DNA of 64,000 nucleotides, from the NCBI GenBank assembly GCA_044868145.1, contig JBIOWE010000013.1:6611-70610 (forward strand), written 5' to 3'. This document shows, piece by piece, positions 18,158 to 26,943 of this stretch. A program made the translations under genes and the position numbers. The stretch's first letter is position 1, and each line of letters starts with the position of its first letter. Source of the stretch: Patescibacteria group bacterium. GTDB taxonomy: Bacteria > Patescibacteriota > Patescibacteriia > UBA10025 > JBIOWE01. The notes beneath the pieces are model-generated. The model saw only the letters and a list, made by a program, of their open reading frames with translations, was not told the DNA's origin and ran no database searches.

Positions 18158-18298
18158 TTGACAGCTCAAAAACAATTGGTTACACTGGATTTGCCAATAT
18201 CAGTTCCTTGGAATGGTTTGGTACGTACTGCCACTACAAACCAAATTGTTCCTCTTTAATACCCGGCCGAAGCCCTAAAAGCTTCGGTCTTTTATTTT
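18158..18298 (+). ncRNA. small RNA gene 3 of tandem array (promoter included)
   Basis: TTGACA-17-TACACT; TGGTTTG(18214)/CAAACCA(18237) stem; terminator 18265-18298. Confidence 0.65.
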
Positions 18299-18301
18299 CC
18301 A

Positions 18302-18369
18302 ACCGAACGCAGGTCGCCCCGCCCGCTTCGCGTTGCGAAGCAAGGCGGGCGGGCGTGCCTGCGAACGGT
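18302..18369. repeat. GC-rich nested palindromic (REP-like) element
   Basis: ACCG-AA-CGCAGG...CCTGCG-AA-CGGT enclosing CCCGC...TTCGC/GCGAA...GCGGG. Confidence 0.55.
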
Positions 18370-18468
18370 CCATCCCGGTGCACCACCCATCGCACCCACG
18401 GCGGGGTGCTCTGTGTAGCTTTTTTTAATAAGGCGGGCTACTTTATTCACCCGCCTTGCTCTTATAGC

Positions 18469-20409
18469 TTACTTTTTCACGTCTTCGTATTTACCTTCGA
18501 CCGGGCCCTTGTCCTTAGACCCTGAGCTTGCCGAAGGGTCGTCGGGTTTCTTCTGCTGCTTGGCTCCGGGCTGACCAGCCGAAGGTCCCGAGCTTGCTGA
18601 GGGACCTGATTGCTGTCCATACATGGCCTGCCCGATCTTCTGAATCGCCTGCGACAATTCATCCGTCGCCTTTTTAATAGAGCTTACGTCGTCGCCGTCT
18701 TTCACCTTTTTCACGGCTTCAATCTTTTCATTAATTTCCTTCTTGGTCTTGTCGTCCACTTTCGAGTCGGCGTCTTTGAGCGCTTTTTCGGAGGTGTACA
18801 CGAGCGTGTCCGCCGTATTCTTGGCGTCTATGAGCTCGCGCTTTTTCTTATCTTCCGTCGCGTGCTTGCTCGCTTCCTGTTTCATACGTTCGACTTCGTC
18901 CTTTGACAAACCGGTTGAACCGGAAATGATGATGGACTGCTCTTTAGCCGTTGCTTTGTCTTTCGCTTTCACGTTCAAAATACCGTTCGCGTCAATGTCG
19001 AACGTTACTTCCACTTGGGGAACGCCGCGCGGCGCAGGCGGAATACCGGAGAGCATGAACTTGCCGAGGGACTTATTATCGCCGGCCATTTCGCGCTCAC
19101 CTTGGAGCACGTGAATTTCCACAGTTGTTTGATTATCCCCAGCCGTGGAGAACACCTGCGACTTGGACGTTGGAATGGTCGTGTTACGGTCAATTAATGG
19201 CGTACGCACGCCGCCCAGCGTTTCAATGCCGAGCGTCAACGGCGTCACGTCCAAAAGCAACACGTCATGCACGTCGCCCTGGAGCACGCCCGCTTGCACT
19301 GCCGCGCCAACGGCAACCACTTCATCCGGGTTCACGCCCATGTGGGGCTTTTTGCCGAAGAATTTTTCAACGGACTGGATAACGAGCGGCATGCGCGTTT
19401 GTCCGCCGACAAGAATCACTTCCTTGATGTCGGATGTTTTCATGCCAGCGTCATCCAGCGCTTTTTGTACCGGTCCAAACGTCTGCTCCACAAGGTCGCC
19501 CACAAGTTCCTCGAGCTTGGCCCGCGTCATTTTCAGGGTAAAGTGCTTTGGCCCGTTTGCGTCCGTCGTGATAAACGGCAGGTTTATTTCCGTTTCCATG
19601 GCCGTGGAAAGCTCGTGTTTCGCTTTTTCCGCTCCCTCTTTCAAGCGCTGCAGGGCCATTTGATCTTTGGAAAGGTCAATACCCTGATCTTTCTTGAACT
19701 CTTGGATCAGCCAATCAATAATCAGGCGGTCAAAGTCGTCGCCGCCCAAGTGCGTGTCGCCGTTCGTAGATTTCACCTCAACGGTATCCTTCGAAACCTC
19801 AAGGATCGAAATGTCAAACGTGCCGCCACCGAGGTCATAGACAGCTATTTTTTCATCTTTCTTTTTGTCGAAACCATAGGCGAGCGCGGCTGCGGTCGGC
19901 TCATTGATGATGCGACGGACGTTAAATCCTGCTATTTCCCCTGCTTCTTTTGTCGCGTGGCGCTGCGAATCGTCAAAATACGCTGGAACGGTAATCACCG
20001 CTTCCGTGATTTTTTCGCCGAGCTTCGCTTCCGCGTCCGCTTTGAGCTTCTGGAGCACCATGGCGGAAATTTCCTGCGGCGCATACTCTTTACTGCCCAT
20101 AACCACCTTGACCCCAGCGCCGGACTGCACCATTTTGAACGGCAGCACTTTCAAATCGCGCTGCACTTCCGGATCATCCCAGCGACGGCCGATCAACCGC
20201 TTGATCGAATAGAGCGTGTTCTCCGGGTTCGTCACTGCTTGGCGCTTCGCAATCTGACCGACAAGCCGTTCGCCATTTTTGGACATAGCAATGACCGAGG
20301 GCGTTGTTCTGGCGCCTTCGCTATTTTCAAGAACCTTTGGCTGGCCACCTTCAATAATGGCCATGCAGGAGTTCGTTGTTCCTAAATCAATTCCCAGTAT
20401 TTTTGCCAT
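18469..20409 (-). CDS. dnaK: chaperone DnaK (Hsp70)
   Basis: [37 protein letters not shown]. Confidence 0.99.
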   Translation of the reverse strand: MAKILGIDLGTTNSCMAIIEGGQPKVLENSEGARTTPSVIAMSKNGERLVGQIAKRQAVTNPENTLYSIKRLIGRRWDDPEVQRDLKVLPFKMVQSGAGVKVVMGSKEYAPQEISAMVLQKLKADAEAKLGEKITEAVITVPAYFDDSQRHATKEAGEIAGFNVRRIINEPTAAALAYGFDKKKDEKIAVYDLGGGTFDISILEVSKDTVEVKSTNGDTHLGGDDFDRLIIDWLIQEFKKDQGIDLSKDQMALQRLKEGAEKAKHELSTAMETEINLPFITTDANGPKHFTLKMTRAKLEELVGDLVEQTFGPVQKALDDAGMKTSDIKEVILVGGQTRMPLVIQSVEKFFGKKPHMGVNPDEVVAVGAAVQAGVLQGDVHDVLLLDVTPLTLGIETLGGVRTPLIDRNTTIPTSKSQVFSTAGDNQTTVEIHVLQGEREMAGDNKSLGKFMLSGIPPAPRGVPQVEVTFDIDANGILNVKAKDKATAKEQSIIISGSTGLSKDEVERMKQEASKHATEDKKKRELIDAKNTADTLVYTSEKALKDADSKVDDKTKKEINEKIEAVKKVKDGDDVSSIKKATDELSQAIQKIGQAMYGQQSGPSASSGPSAGQPGAKQQKKPDDPSASSGSKDKGPVEGKYEDVKK

Positions 20410-20438
20410 ACTTTTTTTTCGTTTTCGTTAATGAATGT

Positions 20439-20777
20439 TTAAAGCTGATTAAAGGTAATTCCGCCCTTGTTCAGCGCTTCGTGTAATTCGAGCACTTCGC
20501 CACTCGCAAGCGCGTCCACATCTTGGAAACGCATCACTTCATGTTGCTCAAGGTCCGTGAGAATGCTCGACATGCGAATGCCCATTGGCCCGAGTGAGAC
20601 AACGGAGAGCGCCGCGCTTTGGCATACCGCACACTTAATGTAGAGCAGGGTGGTGCCTTCTTCGTCCTGGATCACTTCCAATTGCCGCAGATCGTAGAGC
20701 GTGCTGCATACCGGACAACGCGCATCCATTTTGATGCGCTCCGGACGGAACGAATTGAAATTATTCGATATTTTCAT
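20439..20777 (-). CDS. Zn-ribbon-containing conserved hypothetical protein
   Basis: CPVC...CAVC; located in the heat-shock operon. Confidence 0.75.
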   Translation of the reverse strand: MKISNNFNSFRPERIKMDARCPVCSTLYDLRQLEVIQDEEGTTLLYIKCAVCQSAALSVVSLGPMGIRMSSILTDLEQHEVMRFQDVDALASGEVLELHEALNKGGITFNQL

Positions 20778-20858
20778 ACGGATTTATTACCCACGGTGAG
20801 AAAGCTATCGCTAGTTTCCTCGCCGCGGGCGGGGAACAATTCCCCCACCCAGGTGAAC

Positions 20859-21263
20859 TTACTTCGCCTGCATGGTGATCTTGATGGACTTCGGTTTTGC
20901 TTCCTCTGCTTTTGGAATCACTATTTTCAACATACCCTTGTCATAGCTTGCTTGGGCCTTGTCGCCATTAACAGTTTTCGGAAGCGCAATGGTGCGCGAG
21001 AAGCTGCCGAACCGTACTTCCTTACGATAATAGTTCTTGTCGTCCACCTCGCTCTTTTTCTCGGATTGACCCTCAATGCGGAGCACATTGTCCTCAACGG
21101 TGATGTTCACTTTTTCCGGATCAATGCCTGCAAGCGGCGTTTCCACAACGATGTTGTCTTTTTCCTCATAGACATCAACCGCGGGGCTGAACCGCATTGG
21201 CCGCATCATCGAGTCAAAATCCTCGAATAAGTCAGTGAATGGTGTCCATTTGACTAATTGCAT
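20859..21263 (-). CDS. Hsp20/alpha-crystallin small heat-shock protein
   Basis: PAVDVYE, GSFSRTIALP, ASYDKGMLKIVIPK. Confidence 0.93.
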   Translation of the reverse strand: MQLVKWTPFTDLFEDFDSMMRPMRFSPAVDVYEEKDNIVVETPLAGIDPEKVNITVEDNVLRIEGQSEKKSEVDDKNYYRKEVRFGSFSRTIALPKTVNGDKAQASYDKGMLKIVIPKAEEAKPKSIKITMQAK

Positions 21264-21352
21264 AGTTTTTTTCTTTGTTAATGTTTATTTAGACCTTTGC
21301 TCAAAAGTTTAAAGTTAAAAGTTGGCAGTCCGCAGTTTTCAAATTCACCTGA

Positions 21353-21709
21353 TTATTTAAACAAGCTTCTCGATAATCCTGTAAGCATGGCTCCTATTTC
21401 GTCCAGTTTTACCCACAGATCGTCGAGTTCTTTTTTGGTGCAGAACCGTAGCGCATGGCAAATCTCTAACCCTGCCTTTACTTCATTAACGGAACGGAGC
21501 GAAATGTTTAGAAATCGATGAAATTCGACTTTTGAATTAGTTACTGAGGATCCCTCTGAAAGATTCAATAATATGGAGATTGATGCGCGACGCAGTTGAG
21601 CAACGAGACCAAATTTTTCTTCATCTGGTAACGCTTCTGTAAACTTGTATAAAAGTACAATAAACTCCTTGGTCTTTTGATAAACTTTTAAATCTTGATA
21701 TGTTCCCAT
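21353..21709 (-). CDS. four helix bundle protein (second copy)
   Basis: YQDLKVYQ...LPDEEKFGLVAQLRRASISILLNLSEG...FHRFLNISLRSVNEV. Confidence 0.9.
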   Translation of the reverse strand: MGTYQDLKVYQKTKEFIVLLYKFTEALPDEEKFGLVAQLRRASISILLNLSEGSSVTNSKVEFHRFLNISLRSVNEVKAGLEICHALRFCTKKELDDLWVKLDEIGAMLTGLSRSLFK

Positions 21710-21748
21710 AAACTTACGCCTTTCAACTTCCAGCTGTAAACTTTCAAC

Positions 21749-22231
21749 TTATTCTGCTACCTTAACCTTCGCGTGCGCGAGTACTTTTCCGTTCATCAAA
21801 AATCCCGTGTCTACCTCTTCAAGAATTGTATCTTTCTCAACACCATCGCGTTTCTCCTTGGAAACGGCATCGTGAAATTCCGGATTAAACTTCCTGCCGA
21901 CGGTGTTCATGACTTCAATGCCTGTCTGCTTCAAAAATTCTTCAAACTGCTTTTTAATCGCTTCCATGCCGCGAACCCATTCCGATTGTTTTTGGTCTTG
22001 AGGCACATGCTGGAATGCGCGGCGGAAATTATTATAAATAGGGAGAAGTTCAAGCACAAGCGCTGCGTGAGCAAACTGAATCATCTCCTTTTCTCGCTTT
22101 TCGGTTTCTCGCTTGTAGTTAATGTAATCCGCTTTGGCGCGTTTCCAGCCGTCTAGATATTCATTCATCCGTTTTTTCAGGAGCTCAATATCTTCGTGAC
22201 TTTCATGGATCGGCTGTTTCTGTTCATCCAT
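21749..22231 (-). CDS. grpE: nucleotide exchange factor GrpE
   Basis: RAKADYINYKR, FNPEFHDAV, GFLMNGKVL. Confidence 0.95.
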   Translation of the reverse strand: MDEQKQPIHESHEDIELLKKRMNEYLDGWKRAKADYINYKRETEKREKEMIQFAHAALVLELLPIYNNFRRAFQHVPQDQKQSEWVRGMEAIKKQFEEFLKQTGIEVMNTVGRKFNPEFHDAVSKEKRDGVEKDTILEEVDTGFLMNGKVLAHAKVKVAE

Positions 22232-22235
22232 AGTA

Positions 22236-22937
22236 TTACCGTCGTTCTTTTAATAATTCCTTTGCGTAGCGCAGGAGCGACCGGTTGCTTGCGTAGTCCA
22301 TGCGTATTGGCCCGAGAATGCCGAACATACCCGATTGCTCGTTGCCAATCCAATACCGCGTGACTAGCGAACCGCATTCTTGGCCGAACGGATTCTCGCG
22401 TCCGATATAGGCCTGCACGTCATCAGTCACGCGATCAAACAATGTAGCCATCACTGAATCAAGATGGTCCACCATATTCGAGATATGATAGACGAGATCC
22501 AGGTCGTCGAACTCGGGCTGATGAAAAAGGTTGGATATGCCAGTATAATAGACGTTTTCTCGTTCGAACCCCACGATCACGGCGCTTTGGGAAAGGTCCG
22601 CGAGCGCGCGACTGACGTTTTTCACCAACTGCTCATAGGATTCCTTGATGCCAGTGGCCTGCTCAAGCACTTTGCGCTCTTTCGGCGTCAGTTTGCGGTC
22701 GGCGGCGAAATGATCAAGGTAAAAGCGCCAGCCTTTTTCGGTTGGAACGCGTCCGGCTGACGTGTGGGGTTGGGCAATATAGCCCTCGCGTTCCAAATCG
22801 TTCATCTCGCTACGAATCGTTGCCGGAGATACGTCAAAATGGTATTTACCCGCAACAAGCTTCGACCCTACCGCTTCGCCGGTGTGGATATGTTCGTCAA
22901 TGATGGTTTTCAGCAATGTCTGTTTTCGGTCTTCCAT
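22236..22937 (-). CDS. hrcA: heat-inducible transcription repressor HrcA (short form)
   Basis: VSPATIRSEMNDLE...QPHTSAGRVPT...GILGPIRMDY. Confidence 0.93.
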   Translation of the reverse strand: MEDRKQTLLKTIIDEHIHTGEAVGSKLVAGKYHFDVSPATIRSEMNDLEREGYIAQPHTSAGRVPTEKGWRFYLDHFAADRKLTPKERKVLEQATGIKESYEQLVKNVSRALADLSQSAVIVGFERENVYYTGISNLFHQPEFDDLDLVYHISNMVDHLDSVMATLFDRVTDDVQAYIGRENPFGQECGSLVTRYWIGNEQSGMFGILGPIRMDYASNRSLLRYAKELLKERR

Positions 22938-22979
22938 AATCTTATCTAACCTTAGCCAAAATTCCACCAATTTATTCTA

Positions 22980-23006
22980 TTAGCACTCAAAGCTCGAGAG
23001 TGCTAA
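22980..23006. promoter_or_regulatory. CIRCE operator
   Basis: Exact TTAGCACTC-N9-GAGTGCTAA. Confidence 0.97.
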
Positions 23007-23010
23007 TTCC

Positions 23011-23039
23011 ATTATAATAGTCCGGAAAAGGAGTGTCAA
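23011..23039 (-). promoter_or_regulatory. consensus sigma70 promoter of the hrcA operon
   Basis: TTGACA-17-TATAAT on the minus strand. Confidence 0.9.
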
Positions 23040-23126
23040 GGAAAGAAGCTTATAGCGTATGGCCTATGGCGTATAGTTAAAAACCGCCTACGTTCAAACG
23101 GCTTTCTATACGCTATTTGCTATTAG

Positions 23127-23813
23127 CTATCGGCTATCTTTGCCGTACGTCAACCCTTCATCCAGCTCCGCGATGGCGATATATCGCTTTAACGCCGTGC
23201 CAACGGGGTATGACGTTTGCAACGTCAATATTCTGCGTTCGTAATTATATTGCTCCAACACAGAGGTCTCGTTCGGTGGGACGACCTTGGTCTCCTTAAT
23301 CCGATACACAAACACGTTGCCATTCGCGTCGGAAAGATAAACAACAGTTTCCAGCGGAACGCCGACGAGCGGACGGAAAATGCGCTTATAGTTGCCGGGC
23401 TTCCAGGCGTAATCGGACGAATGACCAAAGATGTACACGTTCCCCCACTCACCCGGCTTCGCCGTATCCGGATAATGGACAACACCGCGGCTTAGCGCTT
23501 CTTGTTCCGTATCCTTGTTGATAACGTCAATATAAATGACAGGCGCGGTCACGGCGATGTCCGGTATGGTGAGAAGGTTCGGTTCTCCGGTACTCGCGGT
23601 TGGTAACTTTACTATCTTTCTGTCTACCGTGTTCGTGATTGGCAAATGTTCGTTCGTAGCGGTATTGATGGCTCCTTGCGGTGAAGGTTCATGCGTCAAC
23701 CATTGCACCATGAGCAAGAAGCCGACAGCAAAAACAAGCGCCAACAGAAGATACGGTAAGCGCTGCCGCTTTGAACGTTTTTGGGATTCGCGATACGAAA
23801 ATGTCGTTTTCAT
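23127..23813 (-). CDS. sortase-family protein (catalytic Cys replaced by Ser)
   Basis: GVVHYP...PGEWGNVYIFGHSS...LTLQTSYP...R. Confidence 0.85.
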   Translation of the reverse strand: MKTTFSYRESQKRSKRQRLPYLLLALVFAVGFLLMVQWLTHEPSPQGAINTATNEHLPITNTVDRKIVKLPTASTGEPNLLTIPDIAVTAPVIYIDVINKDTEQEALSRGVVHYPDTAKPGEWGNVYIFGHSSDYAWKPGNYKRIFRPLVGVPLETVVYLSDANGNVFVYRIKETKVVPPNETSVLEQYNYERRILTLQTSYPVGTALKRYIAIAELDEGLTYGKDSR

Positions 23814-24526
23814 ACTAATGTAAAAAGGTCATCGGACATTGAATCGGCGGCCGGCGCCGGCACAACCTGCGTGAAATACTCCCAGCCGAACATCCGCTTC
23901 CGATGTATTGGAGTAAGATTATCCACCCTGGAACGCATTTTGGCTTGCGTTTGGTGCGCTTCTATCGCCTGCGCTTTCTCGCTTGTATATTGATCAACTG
24001 CTATGTTATGCGTCGGTACGGGCATTGGAGACGGATCAGACCAGCCAAAGATTCGGATCATATCCATTGGCATCATTACGTAGAACAGCGACGTTTCAGT
24101 CGCGCTTTTTTCGACTGCTTGCGTGGTGAATCGCGAAATCGCCTTATGGTCCGCGTGCCCGGACAGTCCGTCGGAGCCAAACGTAATAACGCATTGAGGG
24201 CGAAACGCATCAATGAGTTTCGCGATTTTTTCCACGACCCCAGTGCTCTGTTCCAAGGCGCCATCCCCATAATCGAGCATATGTATTTTGTTAACGCCCA
24301 GGATATGGGAGCTCCGTTCGAGCTCTTGCGTGCGCGTTTGCGAAAGGCCGTGCGCTTGCCACAGCGATGGATCGCCCTTTACTCCTTTATCTCCGCGCGT
24401 CGCGCAGACGAGCTCAATCTGACAACCGAGTGAGTTGTATTTTGCGATTGTTCCGCCGCAGCAAAAAGCTTCATCGTCAGGGTGCGCAAAAACAAGTAAT
24501 ATTTTTTTAATTTGAGCGTCGCTCAT
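23810..24526 (-). CDS. PIG-L/LmbE family deacetylase
   Basis: AHPDDE, ATRGD, GHADH, AHQTQ. Confidence 0.9.
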   Translation of the reverse strand: MSDAQIKKILLVFAHPDDEAFCCGGTIAKYNSLGCQIELVCATRGDKGVKGDPSLWQAHGLSQTRTQELERSSHILGVNKIHMLDYGDGALEQSTGVVEKIAKLIDAFRPQCVITFGSDGLSGHADHKAISRFTTQAVEKSATETSLFYVMMPMDMIRIFGWSDPSPMPVPTHNIAVDQYTSEKAQAIEAHQTQAKMRSRVDNLTPIHRKRMFGWEYFTQVVPAPAADSMSDDLFTLV

Positions 24527-25541
24527 GTTGGTTTTCTTCACGAATGCGCGTTGCAAAAGCCCCTTGGCCAAATCGTATACCGAAATGGGAGAGATAGCCG
24601 AGTCCGAACACGCCTTTGAGTATATCCGGGAAACGGATGACCAGGCTAAAAACGAGACCCGTGCTCGCCCCAAATCCCATCGCATCGAAAATGAGTGTTT
24701 CACCTATCTCTTGGCTGCCGAGAGAGCCAGGAATGGGGAGCAGGAACGTGACTATGGTTAGCGTTGCCACAATAAATGCGTGAAAAATGTTCGCCTGCAA
24801 ATCCAGAAACAGCATGGCGCTCCAAAATTGCGCGATCGCGATTGTCCCAGCAATAAAAGAGATGAACAAGCTGACAAAAAACGTTCGGCGATGATCATGA
24901 AAAAAAGCAATGATTATTTGTTCAAATTCCTTCATCCGTTCAAGTATACGCTGCATACCTTTAAAACGATGCATCTGCGCGAATCGCATGAAAAAGCTAA
25001 AAAAATCTTTTTTTGCAAACATTCTCAAATAAAAAAATGCCATGAGGCCGATAAAAATGACTGAAACGATAAGCAGGCCAATAACAAAATTCCGCGTTAG
25101 ACTAAATGAAGTGAGCGCATAGAAGATTCCACCAACAACGAACGGAAGCGCGTAGGTAAAATCCATCACTTTGTCGATAATCACGGACGCGAGTCCCTGC
25201 GAAAAGGGAATACTCATCTCCTTTTTGAGGACGTAAGCACGGACCGCCTCTCCCCCGATGTTTGGAGATGGCGTAAAATAATCGACGCTAAAGCCCACGA
25301 GTTTTGCGGCAAGCAAATTTTTATACCGCGGCATATACCCTTGAACATTTAAAATAAGCTTCCAGCGCCACGTGGTAACTAGGAGCTGGGCGAAAGAAAG
25401 CGCGAGAATGACAAAGAGCTCCCCAAAGGAGAACTCTTGTATCACCCGGCCGATTGAATCGAACCCAGCATGCAACAAACTAAATACAAAGAGTCCGACC
25501 CCGACGAGAATGGAAATAATAAATAAGAGAGTACGCTTCAT
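24507..25541 (-). CDS. lysylphosphatidylglycerol synthase TM / flippase-like membrane protein
   Basis: RWKLIL, TPSPNIGGEAVRAY, PIPGSLGSQE. Confidence 0.85.
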   Translation of the reverse strand: MKRTLLFIISILVGVGLFVFSLLHAGFDSIGRVIQEFSFGELFVILALSFAQLLVTTWRWKLILNVQGYMPRYKNLLAAKLVGFSVDYFTPSPNIGGEAVRAYVLKKEMSIPFSQGLASVIIDKVMDFTYALPFVVGGIFYALTSFSLTRNFVIGLLIVSVIFIGLMAFFYLRMFAKKDFFSFFMRFAQMHRFKGMQRILERMKEFEQIIIAFFHDHRRTFFVSLFISFIAGTIAIAQFWSAMLFLDLQANIFHAFIVATLTIVTFLLPIPGSLGSQEIGETLIFDAMGFGASTGLVFSLVIRFPDILKGVFGLGYLSHFGIRFGQGAFATRIREENQHERRSN

Positions 25542-25549
25542 AGAAAAGC

Positions 25550-26326
25550 TCAGCCTTCGTTTGGATACACCACGATCATTACTTTTCTGCCGTTATTCAC
25601 GTCGCCCCTGTTCCAATCATGAATCGCATTCATGAGTACGTCCGGTTCATACACGAACTCCTCGCCCTTGCGCGTGCCAGGGTCATTCGTGATAATCCTG
25701 CCGTCAGCCGTGTACCCACGAATGACCAGCGCATGGTACAAAGGCCCTGGACTGCGAAAATTCAGATTGCCCAGGAGCCGGCCTGCGGCCAGAACGATGA
25801 CTGGCCTGCCGTGCGCCACCTCATTTTTAATATCGTCAATCGTGATGTCGTATTGCACACGCACATCCTTGTACCCCAGGTAATCGCGAATAAACTGAGC
25901 GGTCTGCTCCCCTGTCGTGTCTTGAAAGAAACCAAAGGTAATAGTCTCATAATTCACGAGTTGCTGAATTTCGTCTTCCGCGATTTGCGGGGTAAACGTT
26001 TTGCCTTGCCAGAAGTAGTGCACCATAAGACTCGCGGCTTCTTCACACGCCTCATTATGCGTCTCGTCCCACACGGCAAACGGCGCCTGCGGCGTAAAGG
26101 GCACGGCGAGGTTGTACTCGTCCGGCATCTTAAACACCGGCTGAACGTTCATGTTGTCGGATTTCGGCAAAACGACGGACGGCGCGTTCACGGGTTCCGG
26201 CAAGGAAGCTTCAACCGTCCACTCTTTCCACAAATCCAAAATAGCGACGCGGTTAACATAGGCAATCGCGCCGACAAAAACAACGATGCATGCGGTGGCT
26301 ACCAATAATCTTGCGGTCTTGGTCAT
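25550..26326 (-). CDS. C39-like cysteine peptidase, membrane-anchored
   Basis: VPFTPQAP...ACEEA...HALVIRGY...NDPG. Confidence 0.85.
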   Translation of the reverse strand: MTKTARLLVATACIVVFVGAIAYVNRVAILDLWKEWTVEASLPEPVNAPSVVLPKSDNMNVQPVFKMPDEYNLAVPFTPQAPFAVWDETHNEACEEAASLMVHYFWQGKTFTPQIAEDEIQQLVNYETITFGFFQDTTGEQTAQFIRDYLGYKDVRVQYDITIDDIKNEVAHGRPVIVLAAGRLLGNLNFRSPGPLYHALVIRGYTADGRIITNDPGTRKGEEFVYEPDVLMNAIHDWNRGDVNNGRKVMIVVYPNEG

Positions 26327-26362
26327 AAACGTATTCTCAGGACAAGCACGACGGAGAATTAT

Positions 26363-26710
26363 TTACGGTTTTACGCTCCGAACAAAAGCATTGGTAAGCC
26401 AACTGCCGAGCCAAAGGATCGCGGCTCCCAGAAAAGCAGCGGTAAACGAGTCCACGGAAAACCCTTTGATAAACGATGAAACGAACCACAGCAAGAATGC
26501 GTTAATCACAAACGTGAATAAGCCGAGGGTGAGAATGGTTATGGGCAACGTGAGAATAACGAGAATCGGGCGTACGATCGCATTGAGAATACCGAGTGCG
26601 AGCGCCACGAACAAAGCCGCGTAAAAACTCGCTACATGGAATCCAGGTATGAGATAGGCAACAAGGAGTAAGAGCAGTGCGTTTATTATCCAACGAAGAA
26701 GTATGTGCAT
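26363..26710 (-). CDS. 4-TM phage holin family (YvlD-like) membrane protein
   Basis: LNAIVRPILVILTLPITILTLGLFTFVINA. Confidence 0.88.
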   Translation of the reverse strand: MHILLRWIINALLLLLVAYLIPGFHVASFYAALFVALALGILNAIVRPILVILTLPITILTLGLFTFVINAFLLWFVSSFIKGFSVDSFTAAFLGAAILWLGSWLTNAFVRSVKP

Positions 26711-26767
26711 AGTATTTTGTTGGTACCGCCAAGAGCCCCGAAAAACGCGTTAAAGAATCGAATTTCG

Positions 26768-26842
26768 TAGTCCCAAGCGGATTCGAACCGCTGTTTTCGC
26801 GCTGAGAACGCAATGTCCTAGACCGGGCTAGACGATGGGACC
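26768..26842 (-). tRNA. tRNA-Glu(CTC)
   Basis: Reverse complement GGTCCCATCGTCTAG...TTCTCAG...GGTTCGAATCC...TGGGACTA. Confidence 0.92.
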
Positions 26843-26943
26843 CTACGTGCCCGCTCACGTTTTCGAAGAAAAGGTGGGCGGGGACTATGGCGGCGTAAGA
26901 AATACTCAATCATTTTACTGAAAATCTCGCGATTTGTCCAGCC

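Noticed and set aside
17840-18298. CRISPR array interpretation of the periodic region
   Set aside because: The period is ~150 bp, conserved parts are short and degenerate, each unit has its own promoter and terminator, and there are no cas genes in the window.
17809-18525. ORFs 17809-18039 (-) and 18145-18525 (+)
   Set aside because: They lack an RBS, cross promoters and terminators, and have non-protein-like composition. The RNA array explains the region better.
19267-20385. 372-aa plus-strand ORF
   Set aside because: This is the familiar antisense shadow ORF of dnaK. The same applies to long antisense ORFs over dnaX, the ATPase, gap, the C39 peptidase and Rhs.
26363-26710. Prophage suggested by a holin-family gene next to a tRNA
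   Set aside because: YvlD-like 4-TM proteins are common chromosomal genes, and no phage structural genes, terminase or integrase are present.
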